Assembly: GCA_027053075.1 (NCBI GenBank)
Contig: JALUEE010000072.1
Location: 1-36,931, forward strand
Origin: a candidate division WOR-3 bacterium
Lineage (GTDB): Bacteria > Hydrothermota > Hydrothermia > B15-G9 > WFZT01
Length of the DNA stretch: 36,931 nucleotides
Direction: 5' to 3'
The notes under the pieces: generated by a model
Database searches by the model: none
The model's input: only the letters and a program-made list of their open reading frames with translations
Told to the model about the DNA's origin: nothing
Translations under genes and position numbers: made by a program
Shown: piece after piece, positions 17,242-26,027 of the stretch
Numbering within the stretch: the first letter of the stretch is position 1
Layout of the letters: every line of letters starts with the position of its first letter

Positions 17242-17960
17242 GCAAGAAGTTTTATACCTGCGACCAGCAGAATTGCCATTATCACCTTTTCGAAAACCAC
17301 AGGTGAGATTTTCCTGACAAAAGATTTGCCAGTTAGAGCAGCTATTACCGCAACTATTATCAAAAGACCTATTACGGGAAGATCACTCCCGCTTATGAGT
17401 GAGTATCTGGAGAAGATCACGATTTTTATAAGATTTATTAGAATTGCACTTAGTGCCATAGAGCCGACGAAACGTTCCTTTCTGAGGCCAAGGTGAAGGA
17501 AAACTGCAGCCTTTATTGTTCCACCACCGGAACCGACCATGCCTGCGAGAAGACCGTAAACAAGACCACTAATGACCACGGTTAAACTGGAGATTTTTAT
17601 CTTCTGGGTAAGGCCAAAGAAGGTGTCCATCACATACAGTAGAACCACAATTCCGAGGATTTTCTCGACTGTTTTCGCAGGAATAAATACCATTCCAAAT
17701 GCGCCAACCAGAACACCAGGAACAGCACCGAGCCATATCAGATTTACAAGTTTCCAGTCCACATATTTTCTGAAAACGATGAATTTTGTGATGTCGCTGA
17801 CAAGATAGAAAACAGTGACGAGGGCTATTACCTTCTTAACCGGGATGAAAAGAACCGATAAAGGAATAATGAGGAATGAACCTCCCATCCCAAAAGTAGA
17901 AGATATCACCCCTCCTGTAAACGCGATGGCAAGAAATATTATCTCATCAAGTATTCCCAT
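17238..17960 (-). CDS. TSUP (TauE/SafE sulfite exporter family) membrane protein
   Basis: G.GG...IP and G.VG.GGG internal repeat; about 8 TM helices. Confidence 0.85.
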   Translation of the reverse strand: MGILDEIIFLAIAFTGGVISSTFGMGGSFLIIPLSVLFIPVKKVIALVTVFYLVSDITKFIVFRKYVDWKLVNLIWLGAVPGVLVGAFGMVFIPAKTVEKILGIVVLLYVMDTFFGLTQKIKISSLTVVISGLVYGLLAGMVGSGGGTIKAAVFLHLGLRKERFVGSMALSAILINLIKIVIFSRYSLISGSDLPVIGLLIIVAVIAALTGKSFVRKISPVVFEKVIMAILLVAGIKLLA

Positions 17961-17970
17961 CTAAAGGGAA

Positions 17971-18813
17971 CTAAAACGCGTAAGTGTGCAGCGATGGAAT
18001 TCCCAAAATTTTCGCAAGCCAGTTGACACCTAAAAATGTGAATATCATTGCTACAAACCCGAGGATGTTGAGGAAAGAAGCAAAGTTCCGGCCAAGCTTT
18101 GGAGTAACCTTCGCGTGCAAATATCCAGCAAAAATTAACCAGGTAATGAGCGACCAGGTCTCTTTGGGGTCCCATGCCCAATAGCCGCCCCATGCGTCTT
18201 CTGCCCAGGCCGCACCAGAGAAAATTCCGAAGGTCAGAAATGGAAAGCCGAATAGTATCAGGTTATAAGCCATCACGTGGAATCTTTCCAACTTCCTGAC
18301 ATCGAGGTCATAGCGAGTACCTCCACCTCTTCTAACAATAGGCCTCAAAATGAGATAGACGACTTCAACGGCAAATGCTGTGACAAAGTAGGCATAAGAG
18401 GCAAATGCACCCATCACGTGAATCTCAAACCAGTAGCTCTGAAGAGCTGGTGGCAGGGGCTTTGTAGTGTATGGGAGTTTTGTATATGCGAAAATCAGGG
18501 AGCCAAGCACCACAGGAAGCACTATCGCACCTGCAAGATAAACGTGTCTCTTCCATTCCACAATGATGTATGCAATGATGGCTGACCAAGCAAACCATGA
18601 AATAGCCTCGTATAGAGTCTGCAAAGGTGCATGACCGGCATCTATCCATCTCACAATAATGAACAGCGTGTGCACTCCAAAGGCAAAAAGCAAAATGGAC
18701 CTCGGGACTATGGGCCTGAGTTTTCGGGGAGCTATGAAGTAAACAAGGTAAAAGACAAACGCCACGCCGTAAAGCACGATATAGGCGAGGTATAGAAACC
18801 GCTCAAAGCTCAT
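17971..18813 (-). CDS. ccsA: Cytochrome c biogenesis system II heme-lyase subunit (CcsA/ResC)
   Basis: WWD motif GAAWA..AWGGYWAWDPKETW; PALQSYW..IHV; conserved His residues. Start reassigned to MSFERF. Confidence 0.92.
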   Translation of the reverse strand: MSFERFLYLAYIVLYGVAFVFYLVYFIAPRKLRPIVPRSILLFAFGVHTLFIIVRWIDAGHAPLQTLYEAISWFAWSAIIAYIIVEWKRHVYLAGAIVLPVVLGSLIFAYTKLPYTTKPLPPALQSYWFEIHVMGAFASYAYFVTAFAVEVVYLILRPIVRRGGGTRYDLDVRKLERFHVMAYNLILFGFPFLTFGIFSGAAWAEDAWGGYWAWDPKETWSLITWLIFAGYLHAKVTPKLGRNFASFLNILGFVAMIFTFLGVNWLAKILGIPSLHTYAF

Positions 18814-20045
18814 AAAAGCTCCTCCCATTTGATCTCATTACCCTCTGCAATGACCATCTCAGGTCTTGCTGATAATCTGAATGGATCATCGTTCCACAGG
18901 ATTAGACTTGCAAGCTTTCCTTCCTCAACTGTTCCAAGCACATCATCAATGCCAAGAATTTTTGCATTTCTCCATGTTATTATGCTCAATGCTTCCTCCT
19001 CACTCATTCCAAAGAACAGGAAGTTTCTCAAGGAAACGAATAGCAATTTGGTCATAATAACCGGATGGTCTGTCATAAGGCCGAAGAAAAGACCGGAATC
19101 AATCAACAATTTAGCGTTGTAAATCCTTTCATGTTTTAGCTCAACCTTGTATGGGAATGACTCAAGGGGACCGTAAATAGCATTTATCCCAGCATCTCTC
19201 AGAGCCTGGAAGATTTCTATTTCATGAATATCACCAAGGTGTTCCGCTGTTGCCTTAAATCCGAATTTTTTGACAAGCTCAATGAGATAGAGCACGTCAT
19301 CAGCTTTGTGAACGTGGACTTTGGCCGTCTTTTTGCCCTCTAAAAGCTCAAGGATGGCCTTTTCAACGTCATTAAATTCTAACATGTAGAGCTCTTCGGT
19401 GAGCCTCTTTTTCTCCATGTACTCGTGGTAGTCAATCTCTCCCTTCCTGAATTTCTTCTCAAGCTCAGCAAGCTCCTTTTTCTTCTGTAATTCGGTCTTT
19501 TTCGCCTTTCTTCTGACATCTTCGAATTTTGCTTCAAGATGGGCATAAACACCCATTCTTGTATTGAATCTCGTACCCCGCCAATCCATAGTGGAGCGAG
19601 GGTTAAATCCGAGTGCCATTTTGAAACCGTAATCCTTGAAGAGACCATCTTTCCTTGATTTTGCAAAGTTTCTGATGATAACCGCGCGGCCACCAAACAC
19701 ATTTCCGCTACCCGGAATCACACAACTGTAGAGAACACCAAACTGCACGGCCTCTTTAAAGGCATGATCATCAAAATAGATGGAATTTAGCGGATTTAAA
19801 AGCGGTGTGAAAATGTCCGAAATGTCGTTTGCCTCGCTCTCAGTGTATGGCTCACCGGCCCTGTCCATTCCGATATGACTGTGTCCATCAATAAAAGCCG
19901 GTGTAATAACAGGGAATGAGCCTACAAACTCACCATCAGGCTGCTTATCTCCAACATATACGATTTTGTCGTTTTCGACACCAATATAAAGATTCTCTAA
20001 GAATTTTCTGCCATTGTGTAACTTTTTTGCGTGATAAACCTTCAT
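18810..20045 (-). CDS. Amidohydrolase-family protein
   Basis: P.FIDGHSHIG (HxH), PGSGN..GG, TDHP, G.VE.GK.A motifs. Confidence 0.88.
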   Translation of the reverse strand: MKVYHAKKLHNGRKFLENLYIGVENDKIVYVGDKQPDGEFVGSFPVITPAFIDGHSHIGMDRAGEPYTESEANDISDIFTPLLNPLNSIYFDDHAFKEAVQFGVLYSCVIPGSGNVFGGRAVIIRNFAKSRKDGLFKDYGFKMALGFNPRSTMDWRGTRFNTRMGVYAHLEAKFEDVRRKAKKTELQKKKELAELEKKFRKGEIDYHEYMEKKRLTEELYMLEFNDVEKAILELLEGKKTAKVHVHKADDVLYLIELVKKFGFKATAEHLGDIHEIEIFQALRDAGINAIYGPLESFPYKVELKHERIYNAKLLIDSGLFFGLMTDHPVIMTKLLFVSLRNFLFFGMSEEEALSIITWRNAKILGIDDVLGTVEEGKLASLILWNDDPFRLSARPEMVIAEGNEIKWEELL

Positions 20046-20062
20046 GATGTTAACCTCCTGGA

Positions 20063-20926
20063 CTAATTTTCAATTAATTTCAAAATCTCCTGTTTCTTCT
20101 CCATGGTTGCATTATAACCCAACTCAAACGCATGTTCACCCTTATCATAGTCAAAAAGACCAATGCTTGTGGTATCAGGCTCAATAAAAACATCTGGCCG
20201 GTAAAGATTTAAATTGTTCGTAATAATTGCCCCTTGCATGGCATAGACAGAGTAAAGAGCGACATTGAAGAGATTGAGCGATGGTTTATTTATCCTGTTT
20301 TTGTGGAGAAACCTGAGAAATGAGTCATTTACTTCCGTTCCCTCACCCTCTTCAATCCCGAATTCGACGAGCTCCGGACGCTCTCGGGTGAGGACATTAA
20401 CGGCTATGACTTTTTCGTATCCCATGGCTCTGGCACCCCTCACCGGAACAGGGTCAACCACACCACCGTCAACGAGTACGCGTCCTTTTGTGTACACAGG
20501 TGTAAAAAGCCCGGGAATAGCAATGGAAGCCCTGACTGCGAGATAAAGGGGCCCTTCCTTAATCATAATTTCTTCACCCGTGAGGAGGTCTGTGGCAACT
20601 GCAATGAATCGCTTCTCCTTGAGCTCCTCGATCCGTTTCCCGTTGTAAAATTCCTGAAGAAATTTCATCACATTCTTGCCATCTGTGAATCCAGCAAGGG
20701 AAGGATGGGGTGTAAAAAAGTGCGCAATCTTTTTTCGATCAACCACCTTTGCGATCTCCAGCATTTCATCAGGGGACATTCCAGCAACATAAAATGAGCC
20801 CACAAGTGAGCCCATGGAGCATCCAACCACGAGGTCTGGTTTGAATCCTAACTCCTCGAGGGCCTTAATGACACCAATATGGGCAAGGCCCTTTGCTGCC
20901 CCTCCTCCTAAAACCAGAGCGTTCAT
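20063..20926 (-). CDS. Patatin-like phospholipase
   Basis: GGGAAKG.AHIG, GCSMG and DGG motifs. Confidence 0.93.
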   Translation of the reverse strand: MNALVLGGGAAKGLAHIGVIKALEELGFKPDLVVGCSMGSLVGSFYVAGMSPDEMLEIAKVVDRKKIAHFFTPHPSLAGFTDGKNVMKFLQEFYNGKRIEELKEKRFIAVATDLLTGEEIMIKEGPLYLAVRASIAIPGLFTPVYTKGRVLVDGGVVDPVPVRGARAMGYEKVIAVNVLTRERPELVEFGIEEGEGTEVNDSFLRFLHKNRINKPSLNLFNVALYSVYAMQGAIITNNLNLYRPDVFIEPDTTSIGLFDYDKGEHAFELGYNATMEKKQEILKLIEN

Positions 20927-21822
20927 TTTTTCTCCTCAGCAAACTTCAGGGCCAGCTTGGCTGCAAGGTAGGAAGGCTCAGAGCCAAGCATTTCTACGCT
21001 GAAGCCTTTGAGTCTTTTGATAAACATTCTGTGAAAACTGGAGTTTTTGAAAAGTCCACCTGCAAGCAAGACCCTTGGGATGACTTTTGTTTCTTCATGT
21101 AAAACCCGGAGCATTTTTGAAAGTCCCTCAAGACCTTCCTCAATAATTCTTTCGGCAACCCTGTCCCCTTTGAAATAGCAGTCAAGCACAATGGGAAAGA
21201 GTTTCCCGAGCATTCTCGGCTTGTCCTTTTCCTGATAAAATTTTCCAATAATTTCGCGCTTGGAGCTTCCACCAAAGAATTTGAAAATTTCGTCCTCTAA
21301 GATGGTTTTATCTCCCAGTCCTTCGTGGGACATAAGAGCTGCTCGAAGTGCGTTGAGACCGAACCAGGCACCTGAGCCCACGTCACCGATGATGTATCCG
21401 TATCCACCTTTTCTCACAACTGTTCCGTCTTCTAAGAGGGCAGCGGCAATGGAGCCTGTACCGGCAATGAGAACCATCCCCGGTGCACCTTCCCAAGTGC
21501 CGTAAAGAAGAATTTCCATATCGGACATAACTTTTGTTGGAATTCCAGTGAGCTCTTCTAATTTCATGGCCACTTTTTCTTTCTCGAATGGGAGAAATAC
21601 ACCTGCTACTCCGGCAACCATAAATTCATACTTTCCCAGCCTGTGGTCCTTCCTGATTTTCTCAAGGGTGTCCCTTATGTTTTTCGCGAATTCGCCCAAA
21701 TCACTGTTCTGGTAGTTGAATCCCGGAAGTCTCACACGGTCAATGGTGAGCCTGTGCTCTGATATAACCCTTACCTCTGTTTTTGTTCCACCGGCATCTA
21801 TACCTACAAAATACCTTTCCAT
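20923..21822 (-). CDS. BadF/BadG/BcrA/BcrD-family kinase (N-acetylglucosamine/MurNAc kinase-like)
   Basis: GIDAGGTKT, IAGTGS and GGYGY.IGD.GSG..FG motifs. Confidence 0.9.
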   Translation of the reverse strand: MERYFVGIDAGGTKTEVRVISEHRLTIDRVRLPGFNYQNSDLGEFAKNIRDTLEKIRKDHRLGKYEFMVAGVAGVFLPFEKEKVAMKLEELTGIPTKVMSDMEILLYGTWEGAPGMVLIAGTGSIAAALLEDGTVVRKGGYGYIIGDVGSGAWFGLNALRAALMSHEGLGDKTILEDEIFKFFGGSSKREIIGKFYQEKDKPRMLGKLFPIVLDCYFKGDRVAERIIEEGLEGLSKMLRVLHEETKVIPRVLLAGGLFKNSSFHRMFIKRLKGFSVEMLGSEPSYLAAKLALKFAEEKK

Positions 21823-21881
21823 AGTGCTTGAATTATAAGCTGAACTTTACATAAAGACCATTTCAGGGAAACCATTGTAAA

Positions 21882-22645
21882 GGTCCCTGTTCGCTCATTT
21901 TATAAATCTACTCTAAATTCTTCTCTACCTTGTTTTGCAAGTGGGGATGGTGAGGCCTGCAAGCCGGGAAAGAGTTATAACCTTTTAAGATGTAACCCCT
22001 CACCTTACTCCTCTCCCCGCAAGAATTTGTGCGGGGAGAGGAAGTTTTGTGTGAAGAAAGGCAGATTGTTGTACAGTCCAAATTTTTGATCTGGACTCCA
22101 ACCAGGTTAACCTTGATGGATTTTACCCGCCAAGAAACACTTAAATACCCGTTCAATTGTGCAGTGAATATGAGAATGACCAATACTCGCGAAGTGAGCG
22201 ATAAATACTATCATCCGACATTCCCTATCCCACAGGCTTTGCCTGTGGAAGAGGGTGTGGAAGGGGGCATTACGCTTGGAAATTTATAAAAAGTTAAGAT
22301 GAAGACCCTCACCCCAACCCTCTCCCACGAAGTGGGAGAGGGAGATTTGGTGGATTTTGGAATAGAAATTTTAAGATGTAACCCCTCACCTTAATCCTCT
22401 ACCAGCAAAGAATTTATACGGGGAGAGTAATTTTTCTTTGCATTGGGAAGCGAGTTTTTGCCTGTGAGAAATATCCTTTCGCAAGACCTGATGCATCTCC
22501 TAACAATTCGCATACTGCAGGCTAAATCCCCCTCCTTCCTTGAGGAAGGAGGGGTTAGGGGAGAATGGTGAAATTTAGAAATTGAAATTTTTCAATATGT
22601 AGCCCTTCTCCCCCGCAAAAAATTTATGAGGTGAGAGGTATTTTT
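21882..22645. repeat. Cluster of REP-like palindromic elements (~21985-22047, 22221-22270 reversed, 22294-22358, 22371-22432, 22527-22568 reversed, 22595-22645)
   Basis: Same consensus as 11728-12190. CTCACCCCAACCCTCTCCCACGAAGTGGGAGAG is identical in the copies near 12074 and 22308. Confidence 0.85.
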
Positions 22646-22800
22646 GTTGTGGAAGGTTGCCAGATTCCCTGGCATCAATCACTTTAGTCGGACTAAATTT
22701 TCCCTTCTAAAGATAGTTTCTTACGTGTGGATTCACTTAACTTCATCCAATGGGCCTTTGATTGTTGATGATTTGGGGAGTAAATTCTTTTAATGGAAGA

Positions 22801-22832
22801 GTGGGGCGCGCCGCGAAGCGGCGCGCCCCCAC
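22801..22832 (-). terminator. Very GC-rich hairpin downstream of rpmA (possible terminator or 3' stabiliser)
   Basis: GGGGCGCGCCGC-GAA-GCGGCGCGCCCC; no clear U-tract. Confidence 0.5.
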
Positions 22833-22853
22833 ATCATAAATCTTCACACCTTT

Positions 22854-23105
22854 CTATTCTGGATAAACCGAAACAAATATCCTGTTCTTTCTCTTCTCGA
22901 ATTTCACGACTCCATCTGTCAGGGCAAAGAGGGTGTCGTCACTACCTCTACCCACATTATACCCCGGATGAAACTTGGTTCCGCGCTGACGGACAAGTAT
23001 ATTACCAGCTTTAACAAACTGTCCCTCGTATCTTTTAACACCAAGTCTCTTTGAAATGGAGTCTCTTCCATTCTTTGTACTACTCTGTCCCTTCTTGTGA
23101 GCCAT
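22854..23105 (-). CDS. rpmA: 50S ribosomal protein L27
   Basis: [47 protein letters not shown]. Confidence 0.98.
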   Translation of the reverse strand: MAHKKGQSSTKNGRDSISKRLGVKRYEGQFVKAGNILVRQRGTKFHPGYNVGRGSDDTLFALTDGVVKFEKRKNRIFVSVYPE

Positions 23106-23122
23106 TTTTAGTTCACCTCCAT

Positions 23123-23758
23123 TTACTTTCTGCCCATTTTAACCTTTTTGGATTTTAATCTCTTTAATCTAAATTTGTCTTCCCTTTCACGATCTTCAAG
23201 AACCTGACGGATAAATTTTACCTGAGCCTTTAAGTCCGGAATCAACCTCTCCTCTAAAGCATTTACCCTTCTTGTAGTTTTCTTTATCTCTCCGCCAAGC
23301 TTCTTTAGCTTGATCTCCATGGGAGCCATTCTAACAATTAGATTCACGATATTTTCAAAGGCCTCGGCAGTAAGATCAATCCTCGAAGTGATCGAAAGCG
23401 GAGAATATCCGCGCTCGAGGATGCTTCTCCTCATCTCTGCGCCTTCAATGCTGGGGAGTTTCACACCCCAGACCCTCTTCTCTTCCACCTTCAGAATGTA
23501 TTCGCGCTTTGTAGCAAGGGCAGCGGATTCGAGCTTTTCCGCTCCATCTATTCCAAGTGCAATAGCCAAGACCGACATCGCTTTTTTGAGATTCTCGTCA
23601 AGCTCTTTTCTGTCTTTAAGAATGGGTTTAATCAGGTCCATAAATTCACGGAGAAGTGCATCTCTTTTATTTTTCAAAAGAGATGCTCCCTGCTGGGCAA
23701 TCTTTATCTGCCTCTTCCTTATAAGAAGATTCATCCGGGTCGGACTGACTTCACTCAT
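23123..23758 (-). CDS. atpD: V/A-type ATP synthase subunit D
   Basis: [30 protein letters not shown] and EREDKFRLK motifs of NtpD/AtpD (V/A-type, not F1 beta). Confidence 0.93.
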   Translation of the reverse strand: MSEVSPTRMNLLIRKRQIKIAQQGASLLKNKRDALLREFMDLIKPILKDRKELDENLKKAMSVLAIALGIDGAEKLESAALATKREYILKVEEKRVWGVKLPSIEGAEMRRSILERGYSPLSITSRIDLTAEAFENIVNLIVRMAPMEIKLKKLGGEIKKTTRRVNALEERLIPDLKAQVKFIRQVLEDREREDKFRLKRLKSKKVKMGRK

Positions 23759-23767
23759 GGCCCTATA

Positions 23768-23796
23768 AAGTTAATGTAAATAGCCTCACATGTCAA
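23768..23796 (-). promoter_or_regulatory. Sigma70-type promoter of atpD-rpmA
   Basis: TTGACA-N17-TAACTT, 9 nt upstream of the ATG. Confidence 0.6.
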
Positions 23797-23969
23797 TTTA
23801 CAATGATCGCGATTAATAGCTTTTGGAAATTTTCGGCTAACCTTTCTTCGAGAGTCGAGAACAAGTTTTAAAAAATTCACAAGGGTAAATCCTTATTGAG
23901 TTTCAAGATACCGAGGTCAATTTACCAGATGTTTGAATGCGCTTTGTGCACAGCTAAGCTTCTCGAAAA

Positions 23970-25358
23970 TTAGAACTCTATTTCTTCGAGATATTCTGGT
24001 ATGTGGATTTTTTTACCCTTTGATTTCAGAATTTCTCCAAAGGCTTCAGTGGATTCAGGCTCACCATGAACAAGGATGTAGGTAGGATTTTCAAACCTGC
24101 TTGCCCAATCGAGAAGTCCATCCTGCCCGGCGTGAGACGAGAAACCGTTTATTGTGTAAATCTTCGCCCTTACCTGTACTTCTTCGCCGTAGATAGTAAC
24201 CCTGTCCCTGCCATCAACGATTTCTCTCCCGAGTGTTCCCTTTGCCTGATAACCAACAAACACGACACTCGATTCTTTTCTCCAGAGGTTATGTTTCAAG
24301 TGATGTTTTATCCTTCCACCTGTACACATTCCAGAGCCGGCTATGATAATTGCCCCCGAGGAGATGTTGTTTATTTTCTTAGATTCCTCAACTGATCTTG
24401 TGAATTTCAGACCCGGAAATGCAAATGGGTCTTTGTGCTCTTTTAGTAGCTCTCTTGCCTCATCATCATAGCACTCAGGATGTGCCTTGAAAATTCTTGT
24501 TGCCGAGATGGCGAGTGGAGAATCCAGAAAGACCTGAGTGCCATGAGGTAAAATTCCCTGCTCGTAAAATTCTCTCAGGTAATAAAGAATATCCTGGGCC
24601 CGTTCAAGGGCAAATGAGGGTATCACAACATTTCCGCCGCGGGCAAAGGTGTCAAGAATGGCCTCCTTTAGTTCCTCAACTGATTCTTTTATGGATTTAT
24701 GAACCCGGTTGCCATATGTGGTTTCCATCATGACGTAGTCGGCATCTTTCATCACCGGGGCGTCGGGGTCTCTCACAATTGGCTTGTCGTAGTTGCCAAG
24801 ATCGCCTGAAAAAACGAATTTAGGGCCATTTTTAAATTTCATTTCCACAAACGCGGAGCCGAGAATATGACCTGCATCCCTGAATGTAATTTCGACACTG
24901 TCAAAGAGGGTAAAAGTTTCACCATACCCGGGAACCTTTGTGAAATGTTTTAGGGACATAACGGCATCTGAAACGTCATAAAGTGGTTCCACCGGTGGCA
25001 TACCACGTCTTTCATTTCTCTTTGTCAGCGCATAGGCTTCTTCTTCCTGGAGTTTGGCAGAATCGAGAAGCATGATAGAAGCGATGTCTCGAGTTGCAGA
25101 AGTTGTGATAATTTCCCCGTTGAATCCTTCTGCTACAATCCTCGGAATCATGCCAATGTGGTCAAGATGTCCGTGAGTGACTACAATATAGTCAATTTCT
25201 GATGGATCGAATGGGAGCTCATTGTAATTTCTCTCTTCTATTTCATGTGGTCCCTGAAACATCCCTGATTCGAGGATGAATTTCTTTCCGTCAATATCAA
25301 AGAGGTACATGGAGCCAGTAACTGTCCCTGCGGCCCCGAGGAATTTAATCTTTACCAT
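23970..25358 (-). CDS. MBL-fold beta-CASP ribonuclease (YSH1-like)
   Basis: GAA.TVTGS, THGHLDH, AGHILGSA, FSGDLG, ETTYG, SGMCTGGRI.HH, FS.HA and LVHGE motifs. Confidence 0.92.
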   Translation of the reverse strand: MVKIKFLGAAGTVTGSMYLFDIDGKKFILESGMFQGPHEIEERNYNELPFDPSEIDYIVVTHGHLDHIGMIPRIVAEGFNGEIITTSATRDIASIMLLDSAKLQEEEAYALTKRNERRGMPPVEPLYDVSDAVMSLKHFTKVPGYGETFTLFDSVEITFRDAGHILGSAFVEMKFKNGPKFVFSGDLGNYDKPIVRDPDAPVMKDADYVMMETTYGNRVHKSIKESVEELKEAILDTFARGGNVVIPSFALERAQDILYYLREFYEQGILPHGTQVFLDSPLAISATRIFKAHPECYDDEARELLKEHKDPFAFPGLKFTRSVEESKKINNISSGAIIIAGSGMCTGGRIKHHLKHNLWRKESSVVFVGYQAKGTLGREIVDGRDRVTIYGEEVQVRAKIYTINGFSSHAGQDGLLDWASRFENPTYILVHGEPESTEAFGEILKSKGKKIHIPEYLEEIEF

Positions 25359-25611
25359 CAGTTTCTCCTTTTTCCACTTTGTTTTTAAGTTCCATCAGAT
25401 TTTTGTGAGTGTCGATAATAACAAGGGTGATTTCGGAAAAGAAATAGAAAAACACAAAGATAATAAAGCCGTAGAAGAGTGTAAAGATAAAGAAAGAGGT
25501 TCCAAATTTTGATATGCTTGCAAATCCACCGGCGACAACGATGGCAGATAGAATCCAGGCGAGATACTTGAAGATGCGGGAAATGGTTATGAGTGTTGAG
25601 TATTGATTCAT
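25345..25611 (-). CDS. Small hypothetical membrane protein (2 TM)
   Basis: Start reassigned to MNQYSTL because the longer ORF begins inside the tRNA; two hydrophobic helices; overlaps the beta-CASP start. Confidence 0.65.
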   Translation of the reverse strand: MNQYSTLITISRIFKYLAWILSAIVVAGGFASISKFGTSFFIFTLFYGFIIFVFFYFFSEITLVIIDTHKNLMELKNKVEKGETDGKD

Positions 25612-25623
25612 AAAATAAAGGAG

Positions 25624-25697
25624 CGCGCCCGGAGGGACTCGAACCCCCAACCAGCGGATTAGAAATCCGCTGCTCTATCCTGTTGAGCTACGGGCGC
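25624..25697 (-). tRNA. tRNA-Arg(TCT)
   Basis: GCGCCCGTAGCTCAACAGGATAGAGCAGCGGATTTCTAATCCGCTGGTTGGGGGTTCGAGTCCCTCCGGGCGCG; anticodon TCT; no encoded CCA. Confidence 0.97.
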
Positions 25698-25717
25698 ACC
25701 TGTCAAAGAGCCTTATA

Positions 25718-25746
25718 ATTTTACATTTCAAGCCCCCTTTTTTCAA
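25718..25746 (-). promoter_or_regulatory. Promoter of tRNA-Arg(TCT)
   Basis: TTGAAA-N17-TAAAAT. Confidence 0.6.
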
Positions 25747-25755
25747 TCACAGGGG

Positions 25756-25859
25756 AGCCTGTTCGAAAATTCATTCTCAATGTCTACCTTTTATCCTCTC
25801 CCCGCAAGTATTTATGCGGGGAGAGGAGTATTTTGCGTTTGGAAATATTCAAACAAGCT
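25756..25859. mobile_element. ~104-bp MITE-like element with imperfect terminal inverted repeats and an internal REP-like hairpin
   Basis: AGCCTGTTCGAAAAT ... ATATTCAAACAAGCT (12/15 complementary) around TCCTCTCCCCGCA-AGTATTTA-TGCGGGGAGAGGA. Confidence 0.6.
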
Positions 25860-26027
25860 TATCACATGTGAAGGATAAGTTTTTCGTTTATGTCCCCATA
25901 TGTGATTTTTTATTTCTCTCGAACTTGTGTGGGATAGTATACAAAATTTTCAAAGAATCCCCTTGATTTTGTTTACAATTTGAGGGTGTTGTGTTAAACT
26001 TACCTAAAATTTCCAGGTGAGGAAAAG

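Noticed and set aside
11728..22645. Palindrome clusters as CRISPR arrays
   Set aside because: Irregular spacing, mixed orientation, degenerate copies, no cas genes.
25926..25945. Rex-like operator upstream of nuoG (TTGTG...TACAA)
   Set aside because: Wrong spacing and poor match to TTGTGAA-N4-TTCACAA.
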